From Bigelowiella natans CCMP2755 (taxonomy: Eukaryota; Protista; Cercozoa): a stretch of 64,000 nt of DNA. The notes under the pieces were generated by a model that was not told where the DNA came from, did not search any database, and saw only the letters and a program-made list of their open reading frames with translations. Made by a program: the position numbers and the translations under genes. This document shows positions 26,577-39,975 of this stretch, in pieces. The stretch's first letter is position 1. The number at the start of each line of letters is the position of its first letter. The DNA is taken from NCBI GenBank assembly GCA_000320545.1, contig ADNK01002758.1, positions 62,170 to 126,169 on the forward strand, given 5' to 3'.

Positions 26577-27110
26577 GTATGTATTTATGTTTCTTGACAC
26601 CATTCATTTTTTATTATGATAGGCCAGGAAAGATGTTTCCTGCTGCCAGGTAATGTATATTTTAAAATCGTCGTCATGACAAGCACTGTTATTGAGGCTC
26701 TCTCTCTACACACCTAGGCGGCGATAATTGCCTTCTTGACTTTGTTCGCATATTGCTGTTGTATATGTACTCTGGGACTGGTAAGTCATGCCGAATGTGA
26801 CACAAAGATAATAACGGGCTAGCAGGGGGAATGGGGGCACAATGGTAGGGAAGGATGAGGATAAATATGCTCTTCTTTTCGGTTTGGCAGCACTATAATA
26901 TATCGACATTTGTATTTCACACGCAGGCATGTATACCTTTCTATTTCTATATGGAAGATATTGAAGTAAAGAACCGGAAGAAAATATTAAATAAGGTGAA
27001 TAAAATCAGATAGATTTGCAACTTCTATCATGGCTAACACTTTCTCTTGATATTTGGTACAGTTGACACAACTGTCAAAGCAAGTCGAACAAAAGAGAGA
27101 AAAAGTGTGA
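25225..27110 (+). CDS. Small two-EF-hand protein with a C-terminal Cys-rich hydrophobic segment (not visible in the ORF track)
   Basis: In-phase short exons give RFQQADKDKDGKLSVE|EFRLHLSQCLSATEEQAGFLMHQF|DTNQDHY|IDEKEFTVFVEYEVL|ARKDVSCCQ|AAIIAFLTLFAYCCCICTLGL|ACIPFYFYMEDIEVKNRKKILNK|LTQLSKQVEQKREKV*. Both 12-residue EF loops are canonical. The start codon is uncertain. Confidence 0.75.
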
Positions 27111-27279
27111 CGGAACAATTCTAATTGTTGAAATCAAATGTCAACAGTACGTATTCAAATAAGTTCTTGCACTACTCTATGACTGTGCTATGCATTTTGT
27201 TAGTTCAAATGTAGATTAATGAACACTTCGAATCAAACCTTCCCACAATTTTTCCCCGCACATGCATGGTATCACAGAA

Positions 27280-30260
27280 ATCTAGAACTGAAGAATTGCA
27301 TTAAGTGATTCATGAATACCAGCCTGATGCTTCATCGATGGCTTGCACATTGAGGCATGAGCAATTCTTTTCATCACATTGTGTTTCACCCGAGCGCATC
27401 GATCGTGGCTAGGTGGGAACAGTCCAATATCCATTTGCTGAACACCCAGATGCCCACCCTTCAACAAATCGGCTCGGCTCCTAGCTAGCTAGCCAAATTT
27501 GTCATTGCACGCTACTAGCAGCTCAGAGTTTTCAACAACCAACACCAGCAGGCTAGCTAACTAGCACTAGAGCAGGGCGTTGACAAGTCCTCGCAATGGC
27601 TTTTGTTGCGCAGGCGCTGTTGCATGCATTCAGTTGTTTCCCACGCCGTGGCTTTTGCGATGCGCGTGCGTGCCATGTGTGGCATTTTGGCATCGATGCA
27701 AAGTTCGGTGTTCAATCTAGCAATGTGCGTTCAATGTTCAGTGTTCAAACGATGCCTGCGATGCTCATTTCTCATCCTTGTTTGCTGCACGCTGCCCCAG
27801 TTGTGCAATGATGGACAAAGTGACACTGTTGTGCACATCACACGCACACACCTGGATTCGCACGTTGAATTGAGCGTGTCGCATCATTGCAACCAACGCA
27901 CCCTAGCGCCAGCACCAGAGCACGCTGGCATCGCAAGCACTCACAGTTTTCCCCAGCTCCAGCTAGCCAGAGCTAGCTTGCTAGAGAGCTCTGCATGGGA
28001 TGAAAAGGAGCTGCAGGAGGAGCGAGAGTTGTCTTGCGTGGACGGACGGGACAAACGAGCAGTTCCGGAGCACTGGAAAACCGAGAGTTGCTGTGGATGG
28101 ACAGGACAAATGAGTCAGTGAAGTGATTTGAATTCACAGCGGTTGAAGGGACCATGTTCCTAGCTGAACATGGGTCCGTGCGACGTTGAAGATCGATTTT
28201 GAACACACGGCGTCAAAAGATTGATTGACTGAATGAAGTGGGTGTTTTCTTCTTCATTGGTTGGCGTCTGTCTCTTGGTTGGACAAATGTGGCAAATAGA
28301 TGCGGTTTCCACCTTGAGACAACAAACGCTCCTGTGTGATGCTGCCCATGCCCGCTCATCATTTTGGCGTCTAGCGTCACGATGGTGGTGGTAGTGCACA
28401 ATGTTTTTTCCCCATTTGTTAGGAGGTTTCGACGAACGTTGTGAAACCTAGGCCACATCAAGCAGTGCGACAAAGAATATCCCAAATTTGCGATCGGAAT
28501 TGCACGTCCCATTTGTTTGCCACAACGTTTTCCGGACCAAAACTCAACAAGCTACATGCATCATGATGGCCACCGGCATGCAGATATCCACTGCAGATGG
28601 TAACGTTTTAATTCATTTTCACCGCTTTGGGCATGCTAACGTCTTTGTTTGTTACAAGGAGTCGCTCACGGTTTCATTAAAGATGAAAGTGACCCAAGCA
28701 TTTGGATGAAGGCTGTGAAACAATCAGGATTGCCCGATGGATTTGCTCGTGGTAGCAAATTGAGCACAAAACATTAAGCTCGACACCTCAATTTTGATTG
28801 CAGACTCAGCAATGATTCCATGTAATTTGCTAGCGTTGACTTACATGCTTTTGTCAACATCAGACATCTGTTGCATCATTGCTACCTGCGGTTTGTACGC
28901 GTGCTGTTGGAACCCCATCGCTGCTTTTGACAACAATGATCCCAACAAGATGACGAACATTACGTTCAATGACACTACGAAGGAAGTTGGAGTTCGAGTA
29001 CGATCAAATTACACTTGAAATGTGGCTATGACTCCATCTCATGATGTAAACATTTCAGGAACCAAATGCAGACATCAAGACATACAGTTATGCATCCATT
29101 GTACCAAAAGTAGAGATGAAACACACTGGTCTGACTGTCAACAATCAGCCTCAGTATGCTTTCTTCATCAGCCAACAGTCAGGTTCGCATCGAGTCTCTG
29201 CATTCCGCATCGAAACCTTATCTTAGCCTTTTTTGCAGGAGAATCAATTCAGATTGGGACTGAATTTTCAATGGTCCCAGGTTTGACGTTGCAATCCTAT
29301 CTGAGCTTCGTAGGCGCTAGATTGGGTGGAGCGCAAGGTGCAAATGCTCCCAACAACGACTCCACTCCTGCAGCGACCAACATGGAGAAATCCGTTCAAA
29401 TGATGTAGAAAGCTAGCTAGAGTCGGTCGATCAGTTTGAACCTCCACAATTGACCTCGTGACAATGATGGCTGCGTCTTAGTTTCATCAAAAAATCATCA
29501 TCAACAACAACGACCAAGTTTTGTGAATGCTTTGGCACGTCACATTTAGATGTGTCTTGCGACCGAACACACGTCTGGACGCACATCTAGACATGGTGGT
29601 TCGCAGAAATTATGCATTTAGTTGTGTGTGCTCCAGAACAAGCATTTCTTTTATGGTGTGAACAACACTCCAGAAAACTAGACAAATGGATCAATCTAGA
29701 AATTGCACATCTTGATATGCTAATGCGGTCCAAATCGAGATCGAAGTAGATGTGTGAAGATGAAATGCAAACACTGTGAACTCTAGAACAAGTGAAGGTC
29801 CAAATTGTGTAGATCGCTAGATCTGTCTAGCTATCTAGCTTTGCTATTCGTACTAGTGTGGTCTAGAAGGTGCTCTAGTGCTGCTCGAAACGGACATCTC
29901 TGATCTAGCTAGCTAGATATGCTAGCATGCTAGCATGTGCAAATGCTGTGAACGCAAATTAACACGGCTAGACGGGCTTTCCATCTTTGTGGCTCATGAC
30001 ACCATCTAGCCATGCTAGCATAATTGTAATGACTAGATCTAGAGATGAGCGCTAGAGCGTGAAAGGCTACCTAGCTACGTGATTAGTAGTTTAGCAGAAA
30101 CAAAGAAGATGCAATCTAGCAATCTACCGACTAGTTGACATGCAAATGCGAAATGTGCAACGATGTAATTCTTTCGCAACGTCTTCTAAGGTATCTAGCA
30201 TGAACATGATGATTGATGTGCAACATCCACAACACAAAATGGTTCATGATGAAGCATGAT
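27280..30260. other. CTAG/CATG/TGCA-rich tail-to-tail spacer 3 (contains the pseudogene relic)
   Basis: CTAG-dense flanks at 27480-27990 and 29410-30200. Confidence 0.8.
27990..29408 (+). pseudogene. Decayed, apparently intron-containing coding relic of unknown family
   Basis: Protein-like frames broken by stops: TAG 28449-28451 in CCTAGG context, and TGA 29016-29018 between same-frame ORFs 28794-29018 and 29022-29408. A GT-AG intron-like segment at 28600-28658 joins ...MQISTADG|VAHGFIKDESDPSIWMKAV in frame. Confidence 0.45.
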
Positions 30261-30306
30261 CACAAGCTTCGAATTTGTTGTCTCGAAAAATGTCGTATCT
30301 CAGTTG

Positions 30307-33300
30307 TCATGACAACCAAGCCTCTACTTTTGCATCTTCGTCCGCTGATGAACAATATCATGGTTGGGAAACGATTATCCAAACCTGAACGAAGAGGTCT
30401 TTAAACGTTGGATTTTTCACCTTGCTCTTTTAGTTTCCGAAGTAACAAGGAGTTTGGGGTCCGAATTCCAACATTCTTCCCTGTGTAAGGTCCAACGTCT
30501 AGAAGGAGAGAATCTCGGCCATTCACAACAACTGAATCTGCTCGACTTTCCACAATTGAATTTCCTGCCTGTGTTTTTTTAATTTGAGACCATCTTCAGA
30601 TTGGTCTGTACCAAGTAGAAGTAGAATCTCAAAAACACCGTTACCGATTCATGTGTGATAAATGATTGCTCAGTGTCATCCTGCATCTAGCAAGTCATTG
30701 ATATTTTATATTTCAAAGATCAGATTCATATTTCATAACAAGTATTACAGACATAAATATACCACTTGCAAAGTCAAAAGAGAGCCCCTTTTCGAAACAG
30801 ATGAGACAGAGGAGGTCCTTCTGCTGATTCCTTTTGGGGTTTCAATGGACTTGCCTGAGATACGGTGTCGTAGATACTTTATGCGCGTTTCCTGCAGCTG
30901 TTTTCTTTTCCATCGTTCCCTTTTTATTTTACTCATAAGCTGAGTGACATGTGAAAAACATCAGTGCAATTAATTCAAGAAATCTTGTTTGTTGAATTAA
31001 ATACCTCCTGGGCCATCAAAAGGTAATCGCGGGTACCCTTTGAAAAATAATCATCTAAGTCTTTGCCTTTCTCTAATGCTTTATCCGGTTTAACCATCTC
31101 TCTAACATTGCTTCCGCTTCGATATCCCTGTTTCCTTTCTATACTTCGGAACACCCTTTTTTCCTGAATGTAGAGGCATTTTCTAATCAACGGTTGCAAA
31201 GATGAGCCGATATTTCTTTTTGAGATCAGGGATTGAAGAATAAAAGGATGCTTTAGCATGTCTTCAGCGGAAGGCCTGATACGGGCATAGACTTATTAAA
31301 AACGCCGTACAAGCGAATAATAGCTCATCTACCTTTTCTTAGGGTCCTTTATCAGACACACTGCTAGCCATTGTTTGAATAAAGATGTCCAAAATGGCAT
31401 TTTGAGAAAGTGGAGAGGAGCTGGGTTTACAGCAATAGATCTCAATACACGAAGTCGAGTTAATTGAGCATATGGTGGTTCGCCTTCTGCAATTTCAATC
31501 GCTGTGATACCAAGAGACCTGAAATATATACAATACGTATCTACATTATATCTACACATACATACACATATGAAGGAAATTTATTTTAATATCTACATGA
31601 TATATCTAATATGCATTATTTACCAAATGTCTGCTTTTGCATCAATTGTTATAGCCGGTTTATGTGCCCCACCTGAAACAGCTTCCGGGGGCAGCCTAGT
31701 ATATAACTACCATTTAACAAAATTAAATTGAAATTTATACTATTACGCACCAGAGTGGAGATCCTAATATTTGATTACATCGAAGTGTATCCTTAATATG
31801 GTGGCTAACTCCAAAGTCGGCAAGTTTTACACCTCCACAATGTGTCAAAAGAATATTGTTGGCTTTAATATCTCGATGTATTATCCCCTGTAGATTACAG
31901 AAACCCATCAATAGATATGATGGCACCACTAACATTTATGCACCTTCTTATGAAGATAGGATAATGCTGAGAGAACAGAGGATAGGATATAGGAGATCTG
32001 AATATCGGTCAGCTGAGCTCTTGTTGTTTCCAAAAGTTGCATCACCGAACCAGCATCACATAAGTCCATCATAATCCATAGCCTCCCCTGAAAAATTTTC
32101 GTGGTTTCAACTTACCAAGCTTATTAACTTCTCATCCTTTAAATTATTTAATGAATTGCCTTGTTATCTGGTCCATGCGAACCGTAATATGAAACAATTT
32201 TCGGATGTTTTATTTGCTTGAGTATTTGGATCTCTTCCATTAGGTCTCCTAGGTTTTCCTGCATTTGGGTGGAAGTTGTGATAACGCTCTTCGCGACACG
32301 GGACATGTTTACATTACCTTTTGATCTGAGTTTAGATTTGTTGACGACTTGCAAACTATCTCGGTAACATTTTCATTGTCTTCGACGTTCTTTAAGATAT
32401 CTGTTTCTAATCCCTCATTCAAATTTGCCTTTGAAATGTTTTCAGTGGTCTGGAGGTTTAGGATCTTTATAGCCAATTCGAACTTGGCCTTCTTCGAGAA
32501 AATATTTTTGTTATGAGTGATCTGCAAAAAAATCAAAGAGTTCCCTTCAAACCTTGTGTACTGCCCTCCATACAGTGGCGAAGGAACCTTCTCCCAGCTT
32601 TGACTTCATTTCGAAAGCCTAGCACACAGATATCGGTCAGTATATTTCGATTTCACGATGCCAATACCCAGCATATCATCATAAAAGAATAATCAATGCT
32701 AAATAGTTTAGATGACATAATAACCTCCTCTAGAGACTGCCCGGTCCATCTTAAATCCCTTCCAACATGTGTCAGATGGGTCACATTGTAGGGAGCTGAA
32801 ACCTAAGAAACATATATCAACCATTTTTAGTGCCCCTTCGCTCAATAACATAAATGATTTCGCAATATAAAAGAATTTACTTCAGGATCCCGCACGCTAT
32901 TTCGAGAGAACAATGTCTGGGTGCTATGATTTAGTGATTTGACTCTAACACCTTTATTATTGACACAAGATTCATAATTATAACAATATACTATATCTTG
33001 CAATAACTTCAACCTTTTGAACCATTTGTGGTTATAGAATTGGCTGGTGTCACTGCTGGTTTCTTCCAATTAAGAGGATTATACCCCGAATCTGGTCATT
33101 ATTAACCATTCTGGTAAATAAAACGACATTACTCTAAGGGGAACCTATCGACCAGAACTACGACGCCTTCCTGAATGCCACCGCGACATAACTCGGGGTA
33201 TACTTTGAATGGATTTATGAGCATAAAGACCTAATAGTGTATAATGTATTTCACTTATGAATTCAAAAGCATATGCAGAATACCTTTTAAAGCATCCATC

Positions 33301-36300
33301 GTTGCATTTCTCATTCTCACCCGAGCAGAATGATTAAAGCGCCGTATTCGTTGTTGCTGTGTTGAGGATGCACCTAGGGAATTTTTAATCATACTAATAC
33401 CTGGTTTATGTATGCACCCTACCAGTTAGGTCTTGTATTGTGGACGTAATTACTGATACCTATGACGGTTACTAAATTCAATAGTGCCCTTTTAATTACA
33501 AGAGAATGTTTAAAATGTAAGTCAAGTTGCTAATATATCAGACCCAATTTTGATGCTCGGGGACATTCTTACATTGGAAGTGTAAAGGCCTATTCCTTTC
33601 CGCACAGTGAATGAGTATGCTAAAAAGAGGCGTTCCTGAAGTATATACATCATTAATTATGATTTTCTGGATATTGTTTTTTTCCTACCCATTGGAAAAC
33701 CAGCAGTTTCTTTCTGTGTGCCACGATCAGCGTTTCGTGTTAATTTGGCAGTGGAATACTTGGAATCTGTGTCCTTTGAACTAACTTCTGTGGTAAGTTT
33801 TAAAATACATTATGTCGCGCTGAGTACAGATGTACTGTTTTACCTTCAAGGATCTCGTCAAAGTCAGTTGAGCTTGTATCATCATTATAGTCATCCTCAG
33901 TCTTCTGAACGGCTGTATATGCAGTATGTAGACCAATTTCACCACAAATCTCATTCTTTATCGTACACCAAAGAAGTAAATCTGAGAATAGATAAACTCG
34001 TCGCCTCTTTTTCTTTCTTCCAGTAAGTAATACACCAGACTTTATTAGTGTCCGCCCAGGAATCTTGTATTCATTTTGTGGCAAAAGTTGTCTCGGAATC
34101 TTTTTTCTATCGGCGTATCTTTCAACATAAGATTGTCCCCATCGAAATTTTCTTATGATTCTTTGGAGGCGACTCGTAGAGTTTGATTCGCAATACATAA
34201 GGTATGTGGACAGCAGTCGTATGTAGAATAAAATCTTGGTTAAAGGTACAGACATGAGTTGCTGAAAGCCTCCTTTGCTTCGTAAATCTGATGGAAACTT
34301 CATCCATTCCACATGGAAGGAAGGTAACTTCTGCATACCATTCGGTATAATACTAAGTGTTTTAATCAGAAGATCCGATAAAATCTTGAAACTCTTGCCG
34401 AACAAAACATATTCTTTTATTAACCCACGAGATGCATTGCTGAATGCCTTTATCAGGCTTGTGGAAGCGATTTCTTTCATAAGAAGTTTATGAATGGATT
34501 CTATCCGAATGAGCTGATCCTCAAATTGTGTAATATATAGAGTCTCTTCAAACGATATTCCAAGTTCATCATCTCTCTTTTTTCCTGAGTCAACTATTGT
34601 TGCGCTAATAGACCTTTCTCTAAATCTGAAATAGTTGTTAATGGAATGGACAACCCTGCGCAGAGTAGATAAGTCCTCGATGTATTTTCTATCGACTGAT
34701 AAGAGACGTGATCTTTGCAAAAATAACTCTTCTTTTTGTTGGTCCAGAGATGTCTCCGAATCCTTAAGTGAATCTTTTGTGCCGTTTCTACTTGACAGAA
34801 TTTCGTGTCCTGATGGCTTTAAATTGTAGGGTGTCGATTGAGGTCTGTCCAATTTGTATTGTCCTTGGAATTTTGAAGGTCCTGTGACTGGCGTCTTTGG
34901 TGAAACGATTTTGTAGACGTCTTTAGAAGCTGGATTTCCGCCCATGCTCTCCTCCGATATTCTCATTTGGTTGGAATCAAATATCTTGTGACTTGGTTCA
35001 GAATCCTCGATGTAAAAGGACGCCATGCTACCTTCACTCATGTAACTATGAACAGCGCGAACATCATCTTTACTTTCTCTACGTATTAAATTCTTTGTTT
35101 TCCTTATTGACGCCCTTGGAAATGGTGAGGGGATGTCAGGGCATTCCAAGTTACTTTTAGCCAAACCTTTTTGATTCAGTAATTTTACACCGGTATCAAT
35201 TACTGATTCTGGAGGGGTTTTCCGTTCTAATTCTGAAATATCTTTGATTTCTTTTCGAAGACCAGATCTTGCATCTGCAACACAAATATCGCTCTGTATT
35301 TTTAAATGAACAATCAAATTCAACATATGAACATATTTTCAGCTATCTTCCATGATTACTGACCGAGATCATCCGAAAAATGCCTTGATCGGACGCGAGA
35401 ATGCACAGGCGTCGTTGTAGGGGGGGGAGGCTCCACAGTCAATAATGGAACATCACCATCTCTGTTAACATCCCCAATATCTTAATAAATAATAAATTAA
35501 TCGCCAATACATAAAAGATAACATATTCTGAACCTAATTAGAACACAATCGCCAGTTGTGCTTTCATGACCCTAAATGTGATTCAAAACAATCAAATCCT
35601 ATTGCTTTTCAACTTTCGACACATTTCTCTCATCTGATACTCTCTCGAGAAACGCAAATCAATTCTTACTAAGGGACTAAAATTTTGTCCCTTTGAATTC
35701 ATACTTTCAAATCCTTTCTTCACCTTTGTATCGGCATCAATTGAAGGAATCTTGTTTTTTTTAGTTTTGTTCTTTCCAGAGTTTCCATCATTTTTGCACA
35801 ATCTGGATTTCTCGTTTGGAACATAACTGAGCTTCCATGTAATGGCTGCAGACTGTAAATTTACTGGGGTTTTTGGTTTCCGTACAGGGGGCTTCTTAAG
35901 GATTTTTTTCTTCATTTTTGGGACAGATTTGCTTCGGAACTTCATTTTTGCAGATTGCATCTTGTTGGAAACACCCATTGAAGCTATCGTCAGCCTTGTG
36001 TGATTGGTAACTCGTTCCTGGTTCGCACTTCTACAACGAGATCTCCTCTTTCCCTTCATTACCCTTTTCGGGGACCGTTTGCCTTGAACTCTGGAATCTC
36101 TTGATTTTGACCTATTTCTTCGCGGGCTTTGCGTGGCTCTTTTTATACCCGTATAATATGTAGCTCCTGTAGAAAATGTTCTTGTTTTGGACAACTCTTT
36201 CCTTCCATGCATCTTCCGAACTCTGCCAGTAACTTTCCAACTATTTTTCGGTGAAAGTGACCGAGCCTTTCGAATTGATAATGGTCTTTTGAATGAAATG

Positions 36301-36449
36301 TGAGGGTTTCCTGTTTTTGATGACTCTTTCCTTCCATGCATCTTTCGAACTCTACCTGGAACATTCTCATCCTTTTTAGGGGAATGTGACCGAGCCCTTC
36401 GAATTAATAATGGTCTTTTTAATGAGAGATTAAGAGATGGGTTCTTCAT
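30307..36449 (-). CDS. STE20 (MST/GCK-like) Ser/Thr kinase with a basic N-terminus and DH(RhoGEF)-PH module
   Basis: Kinase motifs [96 protein letters not shown]. The 508-aa ORF 33800-35326 has DH-like helices followed by PH start [27 protein letters not shown]. Both gene ends are approximate. Confidence 0.85.
36180..36420 (-). repeat. Two copies of a 129-bp (43-aa) coding tandem repeat
   Basis: [43 protein letters not shown] followed by [36 protein letters not shown]. Confidence 0.85.
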
Positions 36450-38005
36450 GTTTTTGAGACTTTGATTCTGATTATCAAATTTTCATATTGTAGAAATATC
36501 AGGGTGCTTGAAACTTTGATTACAGTCATTACTTTTTTGTTGTTGGAATTCTTCGAGGTATAATTTCTTTTCGTTTTACGGATGATTGCTGAAATACGAA
36601 TGGCCAACTGAGTTTTAAATTTTTAATTTCAAGGATATTACAACGTGATTGCATGCGTTAGATTAATTTTTCACGTAGTAGAGCAGGTAGATTAATCTTC
36701 AATTTTGTTTCAGGGGTATCTTCGGCTTTAGCATCTTGATATGATTCAAAAACTTGTTAAGGTATCAGCTGTAGAATATGTAGCTTATTGTCATAAATCT
36801 ACATTGTTTCTTGTTGGTTTTTATGCTTTCGTTCGACACAGTTGCCTAAGATATAGTTGTTAAACCTGTAAATCAATGCCCAAGAATACTATACCTTTCT
36901 TCGAATTGATAATTCTTTGGGTCCTTTCTTTGCCTCCACGTAGTATACAAGCCGTCCTGCTGCGCTCGCCGATCGTTTTATGATTCGGCTTGGTCGTATC
37001 AGTCTCTGAAATGTAACAAAAATCACTTGAAACAAGAACGATAACAGATAACATGCAAGAATGTAGTTCTAACATCCACTGCATGTGCCTTAGAACATGT
37101 TTCTTTGTCTTTCCAAAAAGAAAGACGCTTTTGGAATCCTTTAGTTGCCTATAGATAGGAATAGAGTGATGCACAAGAACGTCAGATCAGTCATTCAAAT
37201 CCGCACGTACCTTTGTTGATGCTGGAGGAACAGATCGTTTTTTTTTTTCTTTTTCATAGGCACTGTTTTCACGTTTAGTTTACTGAAGACTTTCGTTGAG
37301 GCAGGGGGAACGGACTGGGCTTTTCCATTCTTTCTCATTTATCGTATTCGATAAATTTACGAGAGCTAACAAGTCGATACCATTGATCTACATTGACACA
37401 GAAAAGATGTGCGTGATCACACACCTACGACAACAACATTTGTCAGTCGTCACAAATGTCGATACCAGGCTTGAGACCGGTTGCTTCGAACCTTCATTTA
37501 GTGACAACCTACATGTTTTGTCGCAGGACTAAGAATCCCTGCCATGACGATTCTCAAGTGGTCTCAAGCTATGTTTGGCTGCTGTAACGCAGCGCCATGG
37601 AAATGTAGGCAAATTTGTCAAATGTGATTTTTTCCGTCCTTGGACGTTATCTCGTACTTTTGGTGCAAATAGGGAGTAATGTACGTCGCACCATGATTTT
37701 TAGTGTGATTTTGTACTTGAAAGCTTGTCCATTATTATTTAGTCAACGTTAACATCATCATCCTACATGTCAAATGTGGAATATGTGTTTTAGAGCAATT
37801 TGTATATTTAAGTATATTATTTCATTGTCGGAGGTAAGGGTATCAGTCCATGTTGATTGCAAAATTATTTCAGATAACAAATTCTATGCTGGGTTTTGAA
37901 AATGGTCGGCCGTTAAAAGTTTCTACATTGATGACCAACATCGATTATGTTATCACGAGCTGCTTTGGTTTTTGCAAACACAATCGATAAATCCCTCCAG
38001 CCAAC

Positions 38006-39227
38006 ATGCTTTTGCATTCAAGTTCAAATATAAAGGTGGATCCGTTAATTGAGTTTGGTCGGACTGATTACGAGCACACTCTAAAGGATGTCGATAGTCC
38101 TACTACATTAACTGATACGCATAAAGCGCACTGGTATAAAAGTCAAGCTTTGAAAGCAGAAAGATGCAGAACTACAAAGATGATGTCTATAGCTGCTATT
38201 GAACAAAAATTAAATGCAAGATTAAATCCTGGAGGAATAAGAAACAGATGCATGAAAATGACAATTAAAAACAAAATTGACGACAAATCAGATAATTCCC
38301 ATCGGAAAAAGCGCAGGTTACCTCGCGAGTTGCTACCCGAAGAGCGCTGGTATTGGTACTACAGCTTACCTTTGAGAGGATTTTTACCAATCGCCTCCAT
38401 GGCATTGTTGTTTATCTTTTTCTTTATTGAAACCATTATCTAGTCCCTATCAGTGTGGCCAATTCTATCGGAAAACGTCTACGGTAAGATTGACATACTT
38501 GATTTCTAGCCAATTCTACAAATACATACATTGACCCTTAAATGTATTCTTACCCCAGCTATCTAGATGGCGCCACATGAGACTATGTCTAAAAAGGAAA
38601 ACCAAAAACAATGGGAAAATAGGGAAGATGGAGAAACCATGTAAATTGCCTAGTGTAAAGCCACGTAAACTCTTCCAAGGTAAATATGTTTGTTTTGGCA
38701 AGCACATACAGTTCAAGTTGCTTTGATGTCTAGGAGTGTGCGAGATGAAGCTGCACCCTAAATTAAGAGCCCTGATGGTCGAAGAAGAGAATAAATCCCT
38801 TTCCTTAGCAATCAATCGCAAGGGCAGTGACATTATGATGGAGAAGGCTCGTTTCTCTGCGCCGGGTGACACTAGAACGGAAATTCAACACCCTTCTTCG
38901 AAATATCGTGCAGAAGATGAAACGAAGTGGTATCACCTTGCTGGTGGTAGATGTAAGTCACCTCAGCAATATTCGAAAGGTCAATGTAAATCTCATCGTC
39001 AACTTCGCAAACGGAACACGACTTTAGGAAGGTTTAACTCCGTAAAACAAGACATTCGAGGTATGGATCTAGGCAACGATGGCACAAATAAAAATAGCTG
39101 CGATATTAATCAAAATTCTGGGAGTTTCTCTTTAATAGACAATGATTTGCCTTCCGGATTACCGTCTCTTAAAAGCCTCTGTCCCGACATTTTTGGTTTA
39201 AAAAACCGAAATCAGCATGGAATTTAG
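38006..39227 (+). CDS. Protein with a single C2HC-type zinc finger
   Basis: Removing introns ~38350-38443 and ~38484-38559 gives EERCPYQCGQFYRKTSTLSRWRHMRLC (C-x3-C...H-x3-C). A further intron ~38660-38733 joins the 38736-39227 ORF. Ends uncertain. Confidence 0.6.
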
Positions 39228-39399
39228 TTCCTTTCAAAGATCAGCAACATCGGGAGACAATGGCGAGCTGTTTTTGACAGGGATCAACGTTGGTTGTATA
39301 ACTATAACAATCTCACTCGACTAACCACACATCCCTGCACATTGTTTACGTTTTAAGCATTTAACCAATTGGAATTCATGCAATTTGTCGCATTTGTTC

Positions 39400-39950
39400 C
39401 ATTTATCACGTTGTAAAGCGATGGACAAAACGCATGCTTTTATTGAAAAATTAAAAAATTGCGCCACATAGCACAATGCTCTAGGCACTAGATCACAGCA
39501 CCCTCTTCACATCTAGACATAGATCTCTACTCTAGTACTCTGGTACTGTCCAGATCTAGATGAATGAGAGATGCACGCACATCATATCTAAACATGTCAA
39601 TTAAATAGATTAACCTCGAAATGTAGCGCTAGTTCGCTGCACAGGCTACACTGTGTCTCTGGATTTCTAGATTTGTAATTGTTGATGTACATCTAGACAT
39701 GCACATCTAAATGTATATGCTCGAGCGTGTGTGCGCGCGCATGTGTGTGTAGTCTCTAGCTCTAGCTAGCTAGAGCTAACCATCTGCAAAACAACAACTG
39801 TGTGCAACCGTGCCTTTCTAGCTTTCATGATCTAAAGTGTGCATAGCTCTAGAGCTCTAGAACTAGACAACGCTTGCTAGCTTGCATCAACACTGAATTG
39901 AGTTCTAGAAACGATGAATAACATCAAGCCTTTGCGATGATTTAAACTAA
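39400..39950. other. CTAG-rich tail-to-tail spacer 4
   Basis: Repeated TCTAGA/CTAG words, e.g. ctctagctctagctagctagag and ctctagagctctagaactagac. Confidence 0.85.
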
Positions 39951-39975
39951 ATTCTTACCAACAGACTGCATTCTG

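Noticed and set aside
38441-38443. Apparent premature TAG suggesting stop-codon reassignment or a pseudogene
   Set aside because: It is better explained as the AG acceptor of an intron (~38350-38443) whose removal creates a clean C2HC finger. Other genes end normally in TAG/TAA/TGA.
39228-39356. WW-like peptide (QWRAVFDRDQRWLYNYNNLTRLTTHP) in frame after the TAG at 39225-39227
   Set aside because: It lacks the second Trp and the YYY core, and an alternative splice would read this DNA in another frame. Too weak to claim readthrough.
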